A stretch of 64,000 bases of DNA, from NCBI GenBank assembly GCA_047967505.1, contig CM106538.1. One strand, given 5' to 3'. The translations under genes and the position numbers were made by a program. Source of the DNA: Dipteris shenzhenensis. Its lineage: Eukaryota. How positions within the stretch are numbered: position 1 is the stretch's first letter; each line of letters begins with the position of its first letter. Below, one piece after another: positions 12,116 through 25,141 of this stretch. Below the pieces are notes generated by a model. It had not been told where the DNA came from. It did not search any database and saw only the letters and a list, made by a program, of their open reading frames with translations.

Positions 12116-13741
12116 ATGAAAGAAAAGTGGTAGGGAGACTAGTGAAGAGCCTATGCAACCAAAGACAGGACAGGTGTGAAGCAACTCTCTTTCATTCCAT
12201 GGAAGTGTTTACTAGTTTAACATGCATGGTCATGCCTCAGAAAACCAGGAGTATTTTTCATGAAAGCAAAAGGAGAGAAAAAAACAACCACCAGCAATTA
12301 CCATAATGCAATTAGCTCTGTAGATGAGGTCCGGACTCCCTATGGGATCAGACTAGCAATATGGGCTCCAATAGAAATAGAACAAATGCACAACGCCCAG
12401 AGCATGTACCCGGACCACAGTGACTTGAGATGATACCCTCAACAGGACACAAACAAGCACAAAGACACCAGGAAGACTGTCAATTGAGATGGCACAAATG
12501 ACACGATAAACAAGACACAGTCAGATGGGAACAATGCACATCTGTGGTACCACAAGCAATAGGAATGAGCCACAACTCCTGCAGATCATCCAAGATCTTC
12601 CAGACTTCAATCGAACAGGTCTTCACCCTTCCTTATCCACACGCATGGGCAGGTTCCCTATCAGCATTGTCTTCGCATACACAACAACCTCTCCTCAGTG
12701 AGCAGTCTCCTGCGCAGTCCTTTGGCTCTTCTCCTCAAATTCTCATTCACCTCAAGAACAAGCGATCAGCAGCTCTTCAAATTCCGACGACAGAATTCCA
12801 GCGAAGGGGGGGTCAGCTTCGTACGTGCGCCTTAAGCAAGCAAAGGCTTTCTCTCACAATCAGTGCAGAAGGCAGCGTAGATCACTAGCGACTTACAATC
12901 AGCGCACTCTTCTTCCTCTTCTCCAAATTCCATATTCGTCACCTTCTCTCCTGCTTTCTGGAAAGCCTCTCTTCCCTTCTCTACAATCTGTGCTCCCTCC
13001 TTTTTCAATCGCAGCGTCGACTCCTTTTGGAAAACTCTTCATGCCACCCACGTAATGAGCCAAGTCTACACGTAAATCGTAGATTCCTCATGCAAGCCAC
13101 CTCTCTACGTAAATTTTCCACGTCATTGCCTCCTTTTACCACTCTTCTACCTTGCCTCAAAAGCCATTTCACCAAGACCATTGCTGTCACTATTGGGGTC
13201 ACATTTCACCAGTACACAACAATCCTTCAAAACAAGGCATTTTTGATGCATGCCCCCACATTTACCACATTGGTGGATGTAACACAGATATTGACATGAC
13301 AACATTCCATGCACAGAAGACCATTTACCACACGTAAAAAAACACAAAAAACTTTTACATTTGGCATTCAACCACCGACCCCATCACACGTGGGTACATT
13401 ACTCTGGAGTGCATCCATACTGCGTTTTCATCACTTCCCATAGGAAGTTCCTACAAACATTTTATTCCATAGTCAAATATTTACATCATATCATCTTTTT
13501 TTGGGAAAAGATGTCTTTGGAGCCAGAAAAAAACCCATCACTAGCTAACTATGTGCACGGATGTGTCTCCCTACATTATTCATAGTGCTAGTATTTTATT
13601 GCTTTTTTTGTCTTATCAGCGGGTGACCCAAAAGTGTGGCCTAAAAGAAGCTTACCCGACTTCCCTGGTGTCCAATTTGTGTTCCCGAATCATCAAAATG
13701 TCCATGAGACCCCCAGTAACACCTGGATGAAGTTGGTTATG

Positions 13742-14027
13742 AATACTATGCATACCTTGATGGCCATCTTGGCGAGTATGCAGGGATCATCGAGAGGAGC
13801 CTCTGCTAGGAGGAACACTTTCTTCAGAGTTTGGAGGGGATCTCCTTTCTTCTCTGGTTCTGTCTCAGGGTTGACTTGGCATTTTCAGCCTCATCCCTTG
13901 GTTATTTGCTAGCTGTTTTTGAGGTTTGATGTCTCTCATGTGTTATTTACATGATGTACTTTCACATGAGCTTGCTCTGCAGTTTTCATTCATACTTAAT
14001 AGAAGTATTTTTTTTGCAAAAAAAAAA
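13742..14027 (+). mobile_element. Severely 5'-truncated L1 family A 3' end
   Basis: HTLMAILASMQGSSR...WHFQPHP, family A 3' UTR, poly(A) 14018-14027. Confidence 0.85.
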
Positions 14028-14152
14028 GAGTAGATTATACTTTCAATGGGTCATATGGTATATAATGATTACGATGTTCCATTCAACAAAAGAGGAGTGT
14101 TTATTATTGAGAATAATGTTGAGCATAAATTGGTTGCCAGACGTATCAAAGT

Positions 14153-14340
14153 CAGCTTGCCTAACAAGGCTCTACACTAGATGTCAGGATCAATGATATC
14201 AAGGCTTTCCTCATCCAAGGGCAGGATGAGAGTGCTCCAAGCCTCTCTAGTCCTCCTATCATGTGTTCCTACTGGATCTAGACCAAAGGAAGTCTATACC
14301 AATCTCACCAGACAGGAGCTAAAAGTACTCGATTCACTTC
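14153..14340 (-). pseudogene. Old L1 ORF2 fragment
   Basis: Minus strand reads AWSTLILPLDEESLDIIDPDI*CRALLGK; compare AWQTVILPQAEGGLGVIDPELQSQALLGK in the intact ORF2. Confidence 0.7.
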
Positions 14341-14446
14341 AAGGGCTCTAGGGGCTGAATCAAGGTGATGGAGCTCTAGTAGAGTAGCTTCCTCTTGCTG
14401 TTTTTTAGGACTAGAGCAAACTATTGGGTGGGGGTGATGTCCATGC

Positions 14447-16202
14447 TTACTTGCAAAGAGGTGTTTCTAGTGTGGGAAGTTGTAACCCTTTGTTAGAGTA
14501 TACATGGTCACCTGACCATTTGTGATCCGACGATTTGCCTTGTAGCTTGTGTGGTGACCATGAGGGTGTGGTTGTCACGGGATTCCTACACTTGTCGATC
14601 TTCGTATTGTTCCTATATTTGACTATCAAGTGGATGTTGAGCGGAACGGCTGGAGGGGGTAGCGCTTGGATCACTTCTCAGCCGTTTGGGGTCGGGACCA
14701 CCGTCGTTTCTTCGTCTGTTGGAACGGGTCCAGTGCTGCTTTGTCGGCCAGCTTTGTCGGCTAGCCCATATCCGATAGGCGGATGTTGCCCCAACATATG
14801 GTAAATTATGGGCGTGTATAGCATCGGGTTGCCTAGGACATTACCATGTGTCTTTAGGTCTTTCCTACTCTGTGTGCAAAAATAATCTGCCCAGTTGGTG
14901 ACCTGCAGCTCTACCAACCTCGCGAGGATGTTTGGCACTATCGACTAATGGTGGTCCATATGTTTTACCTGGGTCAACCACTAGAGCACTCTTGTGCGCG
15001 CGATTTATCCAGCGCGGGCATTGTCAGCTCGGAGAAGTGGATTGCCCTTGCTCTTCTTTGTTGTAGTTGCAGATCTTGTCGAGGGGCTCGTCCAGGTATT
15101 TCTTGTGTGAGTACTTTTTTGGAATGACGGGGAGGCCGAAGGCAGAGCGCACCACATCCACATTGAGCTGGTGGAAGTGGGGGTCCCTGTTGCATTGCGG
15201 AAAATGCTATAGGCGCTGATGAACTCCCCGAGCAGCTCCATGTTAAGGTGACATGGCAAACGGTCGCAACGGGCTTGAGGCTTGTCATCACTAGGAATGC
15301 TTGTACTTCTGGCTCCTTGAGTGCTTGGTATGTGGTCGCATTGTGGTAGTAGAGGGTATAATCTTGCCCCTTGTACACGTAATTCGAGTGGATCACGCAG
15401 CCGTTAAGTCATCAGAGCTATGTTTCCCGAAGTGGAGAGTGTGTTAGTGACCTCACGACCTTGTACTCCCCCTGTGTTGGAGCTGGCATGCGCTTCCTGG
15501 ATGATCGGGGGGAGAGGTTGCAGCCGTTGCTGGTGGTGGTGCTTGAGAGATCTGTTGGGTCAAGATCTCCTCTTCTGTTTGTAGTTCCGCTGCCGGGATG
15601 TCCAATGGCATTCTGATTGTCCCTGAGGGCGTGCTTTGGGATTCAAAAGGGCCGGTGGGCAATGGATTTGGGAGGTGGAGACCGAGGTCCCTTTCAATTT
15701 CAAAAAACTCGTTGTCGGATCCATGGGGAAGAAAGAAGGCAAGTGGGTGACAAATGAGTGGGTTGAGGAGGATGAGACTGAGGACATCCAAAGGGTGGCT
15801 AGAAGGCAGTATGGAAAGAGGCAGGGGGCTGTGGAAATTCTAGCAAAAAATTTATAGAGTTTGATTGTTTTTTCTAAGGCAACGATCCAGGGGAATAAGG
15901 TGCCTTTTTATAGTTTTAGGTATCCCAACGGCCAGCAGGGGGATGGTGTTAAGGCGATCGGTCGACGGGATAGGAGCAAGGCGACGATCTGACGGGATGG
16001 TTATAAGACGACGATCCGGCGGGATGGAAGCAAGGTGACGATTTGACGGGATGGCTGTAAGGCAATCATCCGGCGGGAAGGTTATAAGGTGACGATCCGG
16101 CGGGATGTCAGTTGTTAGAGTTGTAGAGAGAGGGAAGAGGGGATGCTGATGTTGAGGATGTGGCCCGGAGGGAAAATGGGGTGGATGGACTTGGTGATGC
16201 AT
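14447..16202 (-). pseudogene. Fragmented accessory-type ORF of an unclassified transposon
   Basis: Run of same-strand ORF pieces (LNMELLGEFISAY; VTNWADYF...LYTPIIYHML) reminiscent of extra ORFs of plant LTR elements. No family confidently recognised. Confidence 0.35.
15951..16110. repeat. 27-bp minisatellite, about 6 degenerate units
   Basis: Consensus about AAGGCGACGATCCGGCGGGATGGTTAT; gives a 9-aa IPPDRRLIT-like repeat in minus ORF 15852-16202. Confidence 0.85.
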
Positions 16203-16989
16203 AGACTCGTGAGGTCAGCGTGTAAGGATGCAAAATATGAAAAAGCAAAAAAGGCAAAAAATGTACTGGCTGTATTCACCTAATGCTGACCGAGAATGAG
16301 GTGGGTGCATTGTGAAAAACCCAGGACTTGTGTGTTGTTGGTGCATGTGGGTGATATGCCTATCGTACCGACTCACCTAGACTTAAACTTGATGATTGTG
16401 CACCTTGGGGGGAGGTCGATTATGTGGAATGCAATGGAGTTGAATGCCGAACAGCAGCATACTTCGTCATCATCGAGGTAGAGCATGCTTGAAGTGTGCT
16501 GACGGAGCTCCTCACTCCCGTCCACTCCTTGTGAGAGCATTGCGTAGTAAAGCCTTCACTCGTGTCACTCAAGTGCCCTACTGGATCGTTGCAATGGGGT
16601 TTCCACCGAGAAGAAGGGGGTGAGAGGAAGAGAGAGAGGAGAGGGAGAGGAAAGAAGGAAGGGGGATGGAAAAGGAGAAGAAGGAAAAGGGGAATCGTGG
16701 CAAACACCAAAGGCAAACAAGAGAGCAAGCAAACCTCAATCTCAACACATGAGCAAGAAGAGAGCTTGTATTTCTCAAGGTTGCATACAACAATGAAGAC
16801 CAAAGTCAACCATTTGGCCTTTTATACAAGTCACTTTTTGAAGGGAAGGCCAACCCTATTCCTTATACCACTCTCTCTCGTCTCTCTTTTGCTACAACCA
16901 CTTGGGCCAATATGGCACCAAGGCATATGCTGATTCTCTCAACCTTCTCTTTGTCTTCAAATGACTCATGTGTTATCCATATACGGGAT

Positions 16990-17644
16990 CCAAATGCCTA
17001 TGTAATTATTGCATTAGGTTTGGGAGATGATTATGTGCATCATATTTCAGATTTGGAATCTCCTTATGAGGCTTGAAATAAGTTAGATGTGTTATTTGGT
17101 GCTAGCTCTCATAACTCTAAATTGACTTTGAAAATTAAGTTATATGAACTAAAGATGGATGGAGACTCTGTTATAGCTCATGTCAACTCTATGCGGAGTC
17201 TTATGGCACAATTAGCCTCAGTCAACTCTGTAGTCACACTGAAGATGATGCAATGGCTGTGCTCTTGAAAAGTATGCCTCAGGACTTTGACTATGTTGTG
17301 ACTGCTTTGAAGAATCTTCCCCAATCAATACTAGAGAGCATCATTAGTGCTCTACAAGAAGAAGAGAGAAAGAAAAATTCAAGGAAGGTAGAAGATCAAA
17401 ACTCAAGCACTTACAGTGAAGTTCTAAAAAAGCATGTAAGCACTGTGGTAAGACCAATCATCTTGAAAAATATTGCTATAGGATCAATCCTTGCACTTAT
17501 TATGGAAAAAACAATCACTCTGAGAAGTTTTGCAATGAGAATAAGAAAGGCAAGGCAAATATGGTTGAAGTAAGAACTCCATCAACAATTGAAGAAACAA
17601 AGTTTGTGGTAGATAAAGATAAAGATAAATATTGGACCTTCTAA
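16990..17644 (+). pseudogene. Ty1/Copia gag (UBN2/Retrotran_gag_2-like, two zinc knuckles), no pol
   Basis: AYVIIALGLGDDYVHHI...EA*NKL...LYELKM...AVLLKSMPQDFDYVVTAL; CKHCGKTNHLEKYC and CTYYGKNNHSEKFC; ends KYWTF-TAA at 17642-17644. Confidence 0.85.
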
Positions 17645-17973
17645 AGTCCAACATCTTTAAACTTTTGTCATCACTTGGTCATGTAGTCAATTTTGAGGTT
17701 CTCTGCCTGGAGTAGTACTCCAAAAAGAATATTATGGTTATGTGTTGTGTGTGCCTCCATGGTACCTCTTAATGACATGAGAAACTAGGTCCACACAAAG
17801 GCCTAAGATTAATCCTTGTACATGCAAGGGAGATAACCATTTAGGGGGGGTCTATCCCATTTTTAAATCCTTGACCCTTGGGGACCCTTACTAGCATGGG
17901 ATCCTAGCCATAGATTTATCCTTGACCACCATGTGACTAGATGTATTCTTGACATAGCACGAGGCAAACCCTT

Positions 17974-17986
17974 GAGGGGGGGTATG
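17974..17986 (+). promoter_or_regulatory. Copia-type polypurine tract and start of putative 3' LTR
   Basis: TTGAGGGGGGG-TA-TG(TGGG) about 330 bp after the gag stop. Confidence 0.65.
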
Positions 17987-18059
17987 TGGGACATTTGTGA
18001 TCAAGGGCTTGCTCTAAGGTGCATGCGTGCATCTAGCAATCACATGTTTGTGTGCACAT

Positions 18060-20977
18060 GCCCAATTTACTTGTCAGAGTTTGACTGAGCTTGCTCATCT
18101 CCGCCCTTTTTCTTCAGAGGAAAGCATGCTCTTATGTCAGGCTCAATTCTCTCTTCAATCCAATGATCGCAGAAAGCTTGCTAAATGGGAATTTCGATCC
18201 AGACAATGGGCTTTTTTTTATAAAGGATGCTCTTCCAAGCAATTTTTTAAGAGCTTTCACTACAAAAGACAGGTTGCCAATATCTGTCAGATCCGGATGC
18301 CTGATGGTTCTTGGTCAACATCTCGTTCAAAGCTTGCTGATTTATGTGTGCAGCACTTCTCCACTCATTTTGGGCATGTGGATACTCTTTCTCCTCAGGT
18401 CGTGTCTGCACGTTAGCTTCTTTTGCAGCATGTTCATTCAATTCTGTCTGATGCTCAGGCTTTGGAACTTGAACATCCCTTCACTAAAACGGAATTGTCT
18501 GATGCACTGAGATCCTGTGGCAGATGAAAATCTCCAAGATGGGATGGTTTCATTGTTGAATTCTTCCTTGCTTTCTGGGATCTTCTTAAATTCACCTTGC
18601 TGCAAATGGTAAATGCAGCATGGCAAAATCAGCAAATGCCTGTGTCATGGAAAAAGGGTCTTCTCAAGCTGATTCCAAAGAAGCAGCTATGTGATTCACT
18701 TGGTGATTGGAGGTCAATCACACTCATGCCAATCATTTACAAGATCATTGCCAAAATGGTGGTTGATCGTATTAAAGGTTATTTGCATGATGGGTTGCAT
18801 CCCTCCCAATATGGCTTTGTTCCACGTCGCCATATCACAGTTAACATTGCCAATGCTTATATTGGGATTGAATATGCCAAATACATGCAGCAAGATGTTC
18901 TACTCTTGTAGGTAGATATTGCAAAAGCCTTTGACATGGCTCAATGGGATTTAATCTTGCAAACTATGCAAGCTTTGGGGTTTGGACAAAAAATGCAGCA
19001 GGTTATTTACAGGCTTTACAGAGAGAGCAATGCGGCTTGCATTCTTTCTGGGGATATCTCTGATGAGTGGACTCTTCGTTGTTCGGTCCGCCAGGGATGC
19101 CCTGTCAGTGCTTTACTGTATGCCATTGCTACTCATCCTATGCTGCAATATATTGATCATCTTGTGGCTACGGGATCACTTCATGGCTTGGAATTGGATG
19201 CTAATCGCAGCATGGTTGCTAAAGCTTATGCTGATGATTCTTTTTTTACTCCGAAGAATACGCCCCATGATCTTGGTGCCTTGATGCACGCCCTCTCTGT
19301 TTATGGCTTGGCAGCTGGTCTTCATGTTAATTTTCAGAAGTCTAAGCTGCTCCCTTTGCATTCCAAAGACTGGCATAGTCTCTTATGGCCTGGGGATATC
19401 ACTCCACCCACTCAGTTTGTTCGTCATCTTGGTTACCCTTTGGGGTGGGAACTCACTCGCCGACAACAAACTGATTGGGTTTTGGCTAAGCTTCAGAAAA
19501 AGCTTGAGTATTGGAAACTGGCAACCTGGCCTTTGCACGTTCATCTTCGAATAGTGCAGTCCATCCTTGTGGCATATATTCAATTTTACTTGCCATTGAT
19601 CATGTTCACTAAGGCAGATCTTACATCTTTCATGTTTGTCTTTATGGAAATCTTTTGGCAATCCAAACATGGTACAAAAAGTCTCAGGCTGCTTTCGATG
19701 CATCACATTTGCTCTCCCAAGATGCATGGTGGATTGAACATCACGGATATTCAGGTGCCTATCCTTTTCCACAGGGGGAAAATGTTGCTGCAATTTCTGC
19801 AAGGTGATCAGCCTTGGGCTCTTATGATTACGTCTCTGGTCACTCACATCAGTATTTCTGTGTTTGGTCATTGGCAACTCGATCAATGGGATTTCTTTTT
19901 TTGCTGCACTGATGGCCTTTGCCTGGCTGCCCTTTTGTCTCCCGCCTGCTTCTTGACTGGAAGCATTTCTTTCTCATCTGGAATGGAATGGACGGCAGTC
20001 TTTGCTTGGGAATTCTTTGAGAGCTGAAAGCATTCACTGGTCAAAAGTCTTTCAGCCTCCCTTGGCTTTACAAGAACCTCGATGTTCCTACTTTGTCTCG
20101 TTTAAAGGCATCACCTCGGTTGCTGATGTTATAGATGATGTTGGTACTGTGCTCCGTTTTTCTCTGGCAGCCACCAGATATGGATTGGGCTCTCATTATT
20201 GTCCTTTGTGGCAACAAATTACTTCTATGCTTTCACCTTTTGTTCGGATTCCTCCTTTGGAACTCCAGGACCCTGGAAGATTGGGCTTTGACTTCTCTAG
20301 GGTCCTTTTCTCATCCTTTGAGGCTGTCTTAGATTAGTGTGCCTGCATTGTATAAAATCCTTTTGCCTCACCCTTGGGTTTCAGAGAGAGGTGATTGTGT
20401 TTGGCATATGCATAGGAAAAGATTACAACAACTTTGGGTCTATAAAGTACCGCTTCGGCAACAGGTTTTCTTTTGGCGAGTTCTTTTGGGAGTGTTTCCA
20501 TCTGGACAGCTATTAGCTCATCGTCACATTGCTCCTACACTTTGCCACAGATGTTTTGCTTCTTTGGAGACTGTGCCTCACTTGTTTTGGCATTGTCCGT
20601 GCTCTCATGAGTTTTTTGATCTGCTTGATAGCGCCTGCAAGCAAGATTTCCATCTGTTCCATTTGGGAAGTTCTTCTGGATGTTTGGGTTTCATCCATCC
20701 AGACCGGAGTTTCATCTTTTCTTTGTTTGGGTTCACTATTGGGCACTATGGACTTTATGGACATATAGGAATTGTAAAGTCTTTGGTGATCCTATTTTCT
20801 CTTTGTTTGGCTTTTGTTCTTTGCAGCAATATTTCTTTGATTGCTTGTAGACCCACTGCATAGATCATGAGGTCTTTTTGGCATATACTGAAATTTTTCA
20901 GTTGATGTAATTGTAGCACCCTGTTTTGAGGTTGCTACTCATATAATATAATCAATCAAGGATTTCACCCAAAAAAA
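18060..20977 (+). mobile_element. 5'-truncated, decayed L1 (family C) with ORF2 RT and zf-RVT
   Basis: WRSITLM..YKIIAK, DIAKAFD, SVRQGCPVS, AYADD, CHRC...ETVPHLFWHC; A-tail at 20971-20977. Confidence 0.88.
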
Positions 20978-21089
20978 GTGTGTGTGTAGTATAGCACACT
21001 AAGACCTCTTGAGGAGGTGCCAAAGATTTAGAAATTCCCTATGATGTAGGCCTGATTGCCTTTGATGTAGCAGAGGTACCTATGACCTA

Positions 21090-24000
21090 GGACACCCTCT
21101 CTCCCACTCTAAATGAGAGGCTACCAGACATGGACCTAGACGGAGCAGGTATGACCAGGACCGACATGGGCTTGTTACACCATATGGACACGCAGTCCTT
21201 GATCTGGGCAGGATGCATGATCTCATCATCTATAACGAGCTTGACCTATGGCCCTCCTCAGGTGGCTTTACTTGCTTCCCACACGGGGGGGGCACTAGTG
21301 TAGTAGATTACATCATGGGATCCCCTACCTTCACTTCATGTATCACCAACTTCACCGTAGCACCACTCCCTCCAGGGGCTCATCACACATACCTATTCTT
21401 CACTATCGCCACCCCACGCTTTGCCACACCACACACACCACATAGGAAGCACGACACCTACCACGACATACACTTTGATCACAGCCTCTCACCGGCCTAC
21501 TCTAGATCCCTAAACAGACTCCTAATCTACATCGATCACATATCACTCATAGAGGACCGTGCTGCCCTGATTAGTCGCACACTCCACGAGGCTGCCCTCC
21601 AAATCTTTTCCCACACCACACCGTCCAATAGACCACCACCTCTTGGTGCTGTACCCTGCAACAATTGGTACGATGCGGAGTGCAAGGCTTATCGCCGATA
21701 GCTCCGACTTGAAACCAAATGTCACCTCCCGAACACACCAGACATGGTACGCAAGTACCGACGTCTTGTACGATAGAAGAAGCAGGCATTTCTTTGTCGA
21801 AATGAGGAGGAGCTGCTGCACATCTTGTACAGCAACAACTCTAAGGAATTTTGGTGGAGATTCCTTGAGCGTAGGTCTCCATCACCCCTCACCGACACGA
21901 GAGTCTGGCACACGTATGCACACCATCTTTATGATGTCCCACACCAACCCACTCCAAATCTCCTACACACACCTCGCTCCACCACTTGCACATTGTTCAC
22001 CAGAGGGGGAGTCAAGGACGCGACATTGAAACTGCACAATTGTCGAGCTAAGGATCACGAGGGGCTATGCATTGAGTTTATCGCATATGGGATCAACATG
22101 TTAGCCCCGATCCTAGCAAAGCTATTCAATGACGCTATTTGCCTTGGCTTCCCCCGCACCCGGACACTCAACACCATCACCCCCATACACAAGGCAGAGG
22201 ATCCCATGGACCCGAGTAAGTACAGGACTATCATGATTGGACATGTGATGTCCAAGATCTATGCAGCTGTATTGGATGCGTAGGTCAGCCTGTTCGCAAA
22301 GATGAGAGGGCTCAGAGCAGAGGGTCAGGCAGGCGAGACCATGGGACTATGGATCACATACTCACACTCAGGAGTGTCATTGAGGAGGTCAGATCACGGA
22401 AGGAGAGGGTATATTGCTGCTTTGTGGATTTTCACAAAGCCTTTGACACAGTACCTCGAGCTCATCTCATCACACGCCTAGAGACACTGGGATTTGATCA
22501 GGAGATCATCTGGGCAGTCATGGCACTATATGAGAGAGTCTTAGGCCGAGTTCGGACAGGCGCAGGTTGGACAGATGAGATTTTGAGTACCATAGGAGTC
22601 AATCATGGTTGTCCCTTATCACCGACCCTGTTTGGCCTCTACATCAATGAGCTTGAGACTTTCATGGGGGCATTCGGAGGGACCAATTGCCCACTTGCCG
22701 GGATCATCATCAGGATTCTTCTTTATGCAGATGATGTGGCACTCTTGTCGTCCACACCCAAGGGGCTCCAACGACACTTGGATGCACTACAGGCTTTTTG
22801 TTTATCCCATGATTTGGAGGTCAACCTTGGTAAGACCAAGGTCATGATCTTTAACACCTCTCGAGCAAACATGCAATGGAAGCAGTTTACTTTTACTTTC
22901 CGTGGGTCACCAGTTGAGATCGTATCCTCATACACTTACTTGGGGGTCATCTTCTCCGACCCGATCTTCAGGATGAGACCAACGATGCTGGCCAGACTGA
23001 GCAGGGAAGATGCCTCACTGGCTCGGCTAGAGAGACAATGCTTCCACTCCCACTTCCAGGACCATCGGGACCAAGGCTCTTCTCTTCGACTCCTTGGTCG
23101 GACCAGCCGGTATGTATGGCAACCCTTGTTGGGGGCCTGACATGTCAGAGATAGAGTGGACACGGATGAAGCGCCTGCAGATCCTCATGCTCTCAAGGAT
23201 GATCCGGGGGAAACCGTCTGTACCACATCACATCATTCAGGCCGAGTTTGGTGCTTCTCCACTCTAGCTAGATGCAGCCTTTCATACCATTATATATCTC
23301 ACCGGGTTAGATCATATGGGAACTGCACATCACGGAGACAGAGGTTGCCATGGTTGGCTCTGGATTCCTCCATGAGGTTGGTAGCAGAGGGAGACGAGTG
23401 ATGCTAATATGCACGGACTCACAGATGGTTTGTGAGACTAGGGTTCCACATCGATAGGATACCTCCTTTTCAGTACAGTTTAGATGCCCCTCCGATACTC
23501 CCACCCACCATCGCGATTGACACACCAACTAGGTCATTCGAGAGGATCTCCTGCAGCTACACACCTTTAGGACCTGGTTGGAGCTGAGGGAGCTTCCATT
23601 GAAGCTGAGTTTCTACAAAGATTACTGTTTTCGTATTTCGGAGGAGGGATTCATCACACCACCGGGGTACACTGAGCTTCATATGCCTCACTCACTACGG
23701 ATCTCCATCAGACAGTTTGGGGTATCATCACACCGCCTCCGCATAGAGAGCGGTAGAGCAGAGGGGATTCCTAGGGAGCATCGCCTATGCATATCGTGCG
23801 ATTGTCAGGAGGTCGGTCGGAGGAGCATTTTATTTTCAGGTGCCCAGTGTACTACGAGATCTGAGGTCGCTACCACTACCTCTTCAGAGATAGCTCCGGG
23901 CTCCTTTCCAAATTCCTCGCCTACCCAGATCAGAGATGCCTCGCGGCCTTTATTCACAAGGGGGTCCGACACAGAGAGTACTTACTCAGGCGACGGGGCT

Positions 24001-24390
24001 TGGCCACATCATCAGACACCTCTCAGAGCAGGATCACAAAGTTCTTCCCATGGAGTGACATTGATCATCCAGTATCTAGCCGCAAACGTGACAGAGACCC
24101 TGACCCGACGACCGCAACACGACACACGAGACATCGAGGGAACATACAGATCACTCTGGGGGACCTCTCGTCATTGTTTAGACCCGGGATACATCCCACG
24201 GGAGTCACAGTGGATCTGGTCTTGCATCGAGCCTCGTCTAGGAGACTGAGACGCACAACACCCCTTGACGGGCACCATCGTCCCATCATCGGCTATGCAC
24301 CAGCTAGGGCGACATGACATACGGAGGATTCCGCTCCACTCCAATCCTTTTCTTTTCATTGCTACATCCAGATGTATTTGATTTGATTAT
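21090..24390 (+). mobile_element. 5'-truncated, decayed RTEX-like LINE (copy 1)
   Basis: EN end (FTCF..GGTSVVDY), WYDAEC, YRTIMIG, CFVDFHKAFDTV, GCPLSPTLF, LLYADD, C-terminal SSHRLRIESGR...R.C..C...E..EHF...C..Y. Homologous to 56707-60014. Confidence 0.85.
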
Positions 24391-25089
24391 GTATGATCAG
24401 ACTTAGGATTCAGCATGGGTGATGATGCTCGTTTCAGTAGCTCCACCTTTACTGTGATTTGTATCAGGTTTTCTTTCAATCTCATAGACCCATTGGTGTT
24501 CCGAAGACTCTAATAAAATTTCTTTCTTTCTTTCTTTCTCACAATCAATAGAACACACATTTTGGTCTTCTCTTGTGTTCTTAGATCTTGTCATGATGCA
24601 TCTCTTCTCTCCCACAACTTCCCAACATTCATCAAGGGCTGCCCTCATAGCAGCAAAGGAAGATAGGATCAAGGAGGTGACGTGTGCCTCAATTTGGGCT
24701 GCATTCAGAGCAGTAGGGCGGTCGAGGAGCCATAGCAAGCACTACTTTACCAGAGGCTGTCTAGGAGGATCAGTTGGAAGGTGTGATTGCTGGGCACACA
24801 TATAAGGCCCACACAAGCTCTAGGAGAGGGCTGTATGCGGAGTGTTTTGGAAGTGCCAAGGACATAGAAGAAAATCCTTATGTATTTATAGGGGTCCACA
24901 TCTACTCAACACTCATTGATAGAGAGTGGCACACGGGACATAGCTTTTGTATTGTCACATTGGATGGAAATATATTTTGCTCTAAATCTCTATTTTGAGG
25001 ATTGTCTATTTATTGTTTGCACATCTATTTTTCAAGTACACACTGAGGATAAAAAGATTGGATTGGAATATACCATTATGTGAGTTCGT

Positions 25090-25093
<4 letters not shown>

Positions 25094-25139
<46 letters not shown>
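25094..25139. repeat. (TC)n microsatellite
   Basis: About 23 uninterrupted TC units. Confidence 0.98.

Positions 25140-25141
<2 letters not shown>

Noticed and set aside
12300-13700. Short ORFs and possible DNA-transposon remnant
   Set aside because: No terminal inverted repeats, TSD or recognisable protein motif; left unannotated.
15951-16110. Regularly spaced repeats as a CRISPR array
   Set aside because: Contiguous degenerate 27-bp units without unique spacers, eukaryotic context, no cas genes.
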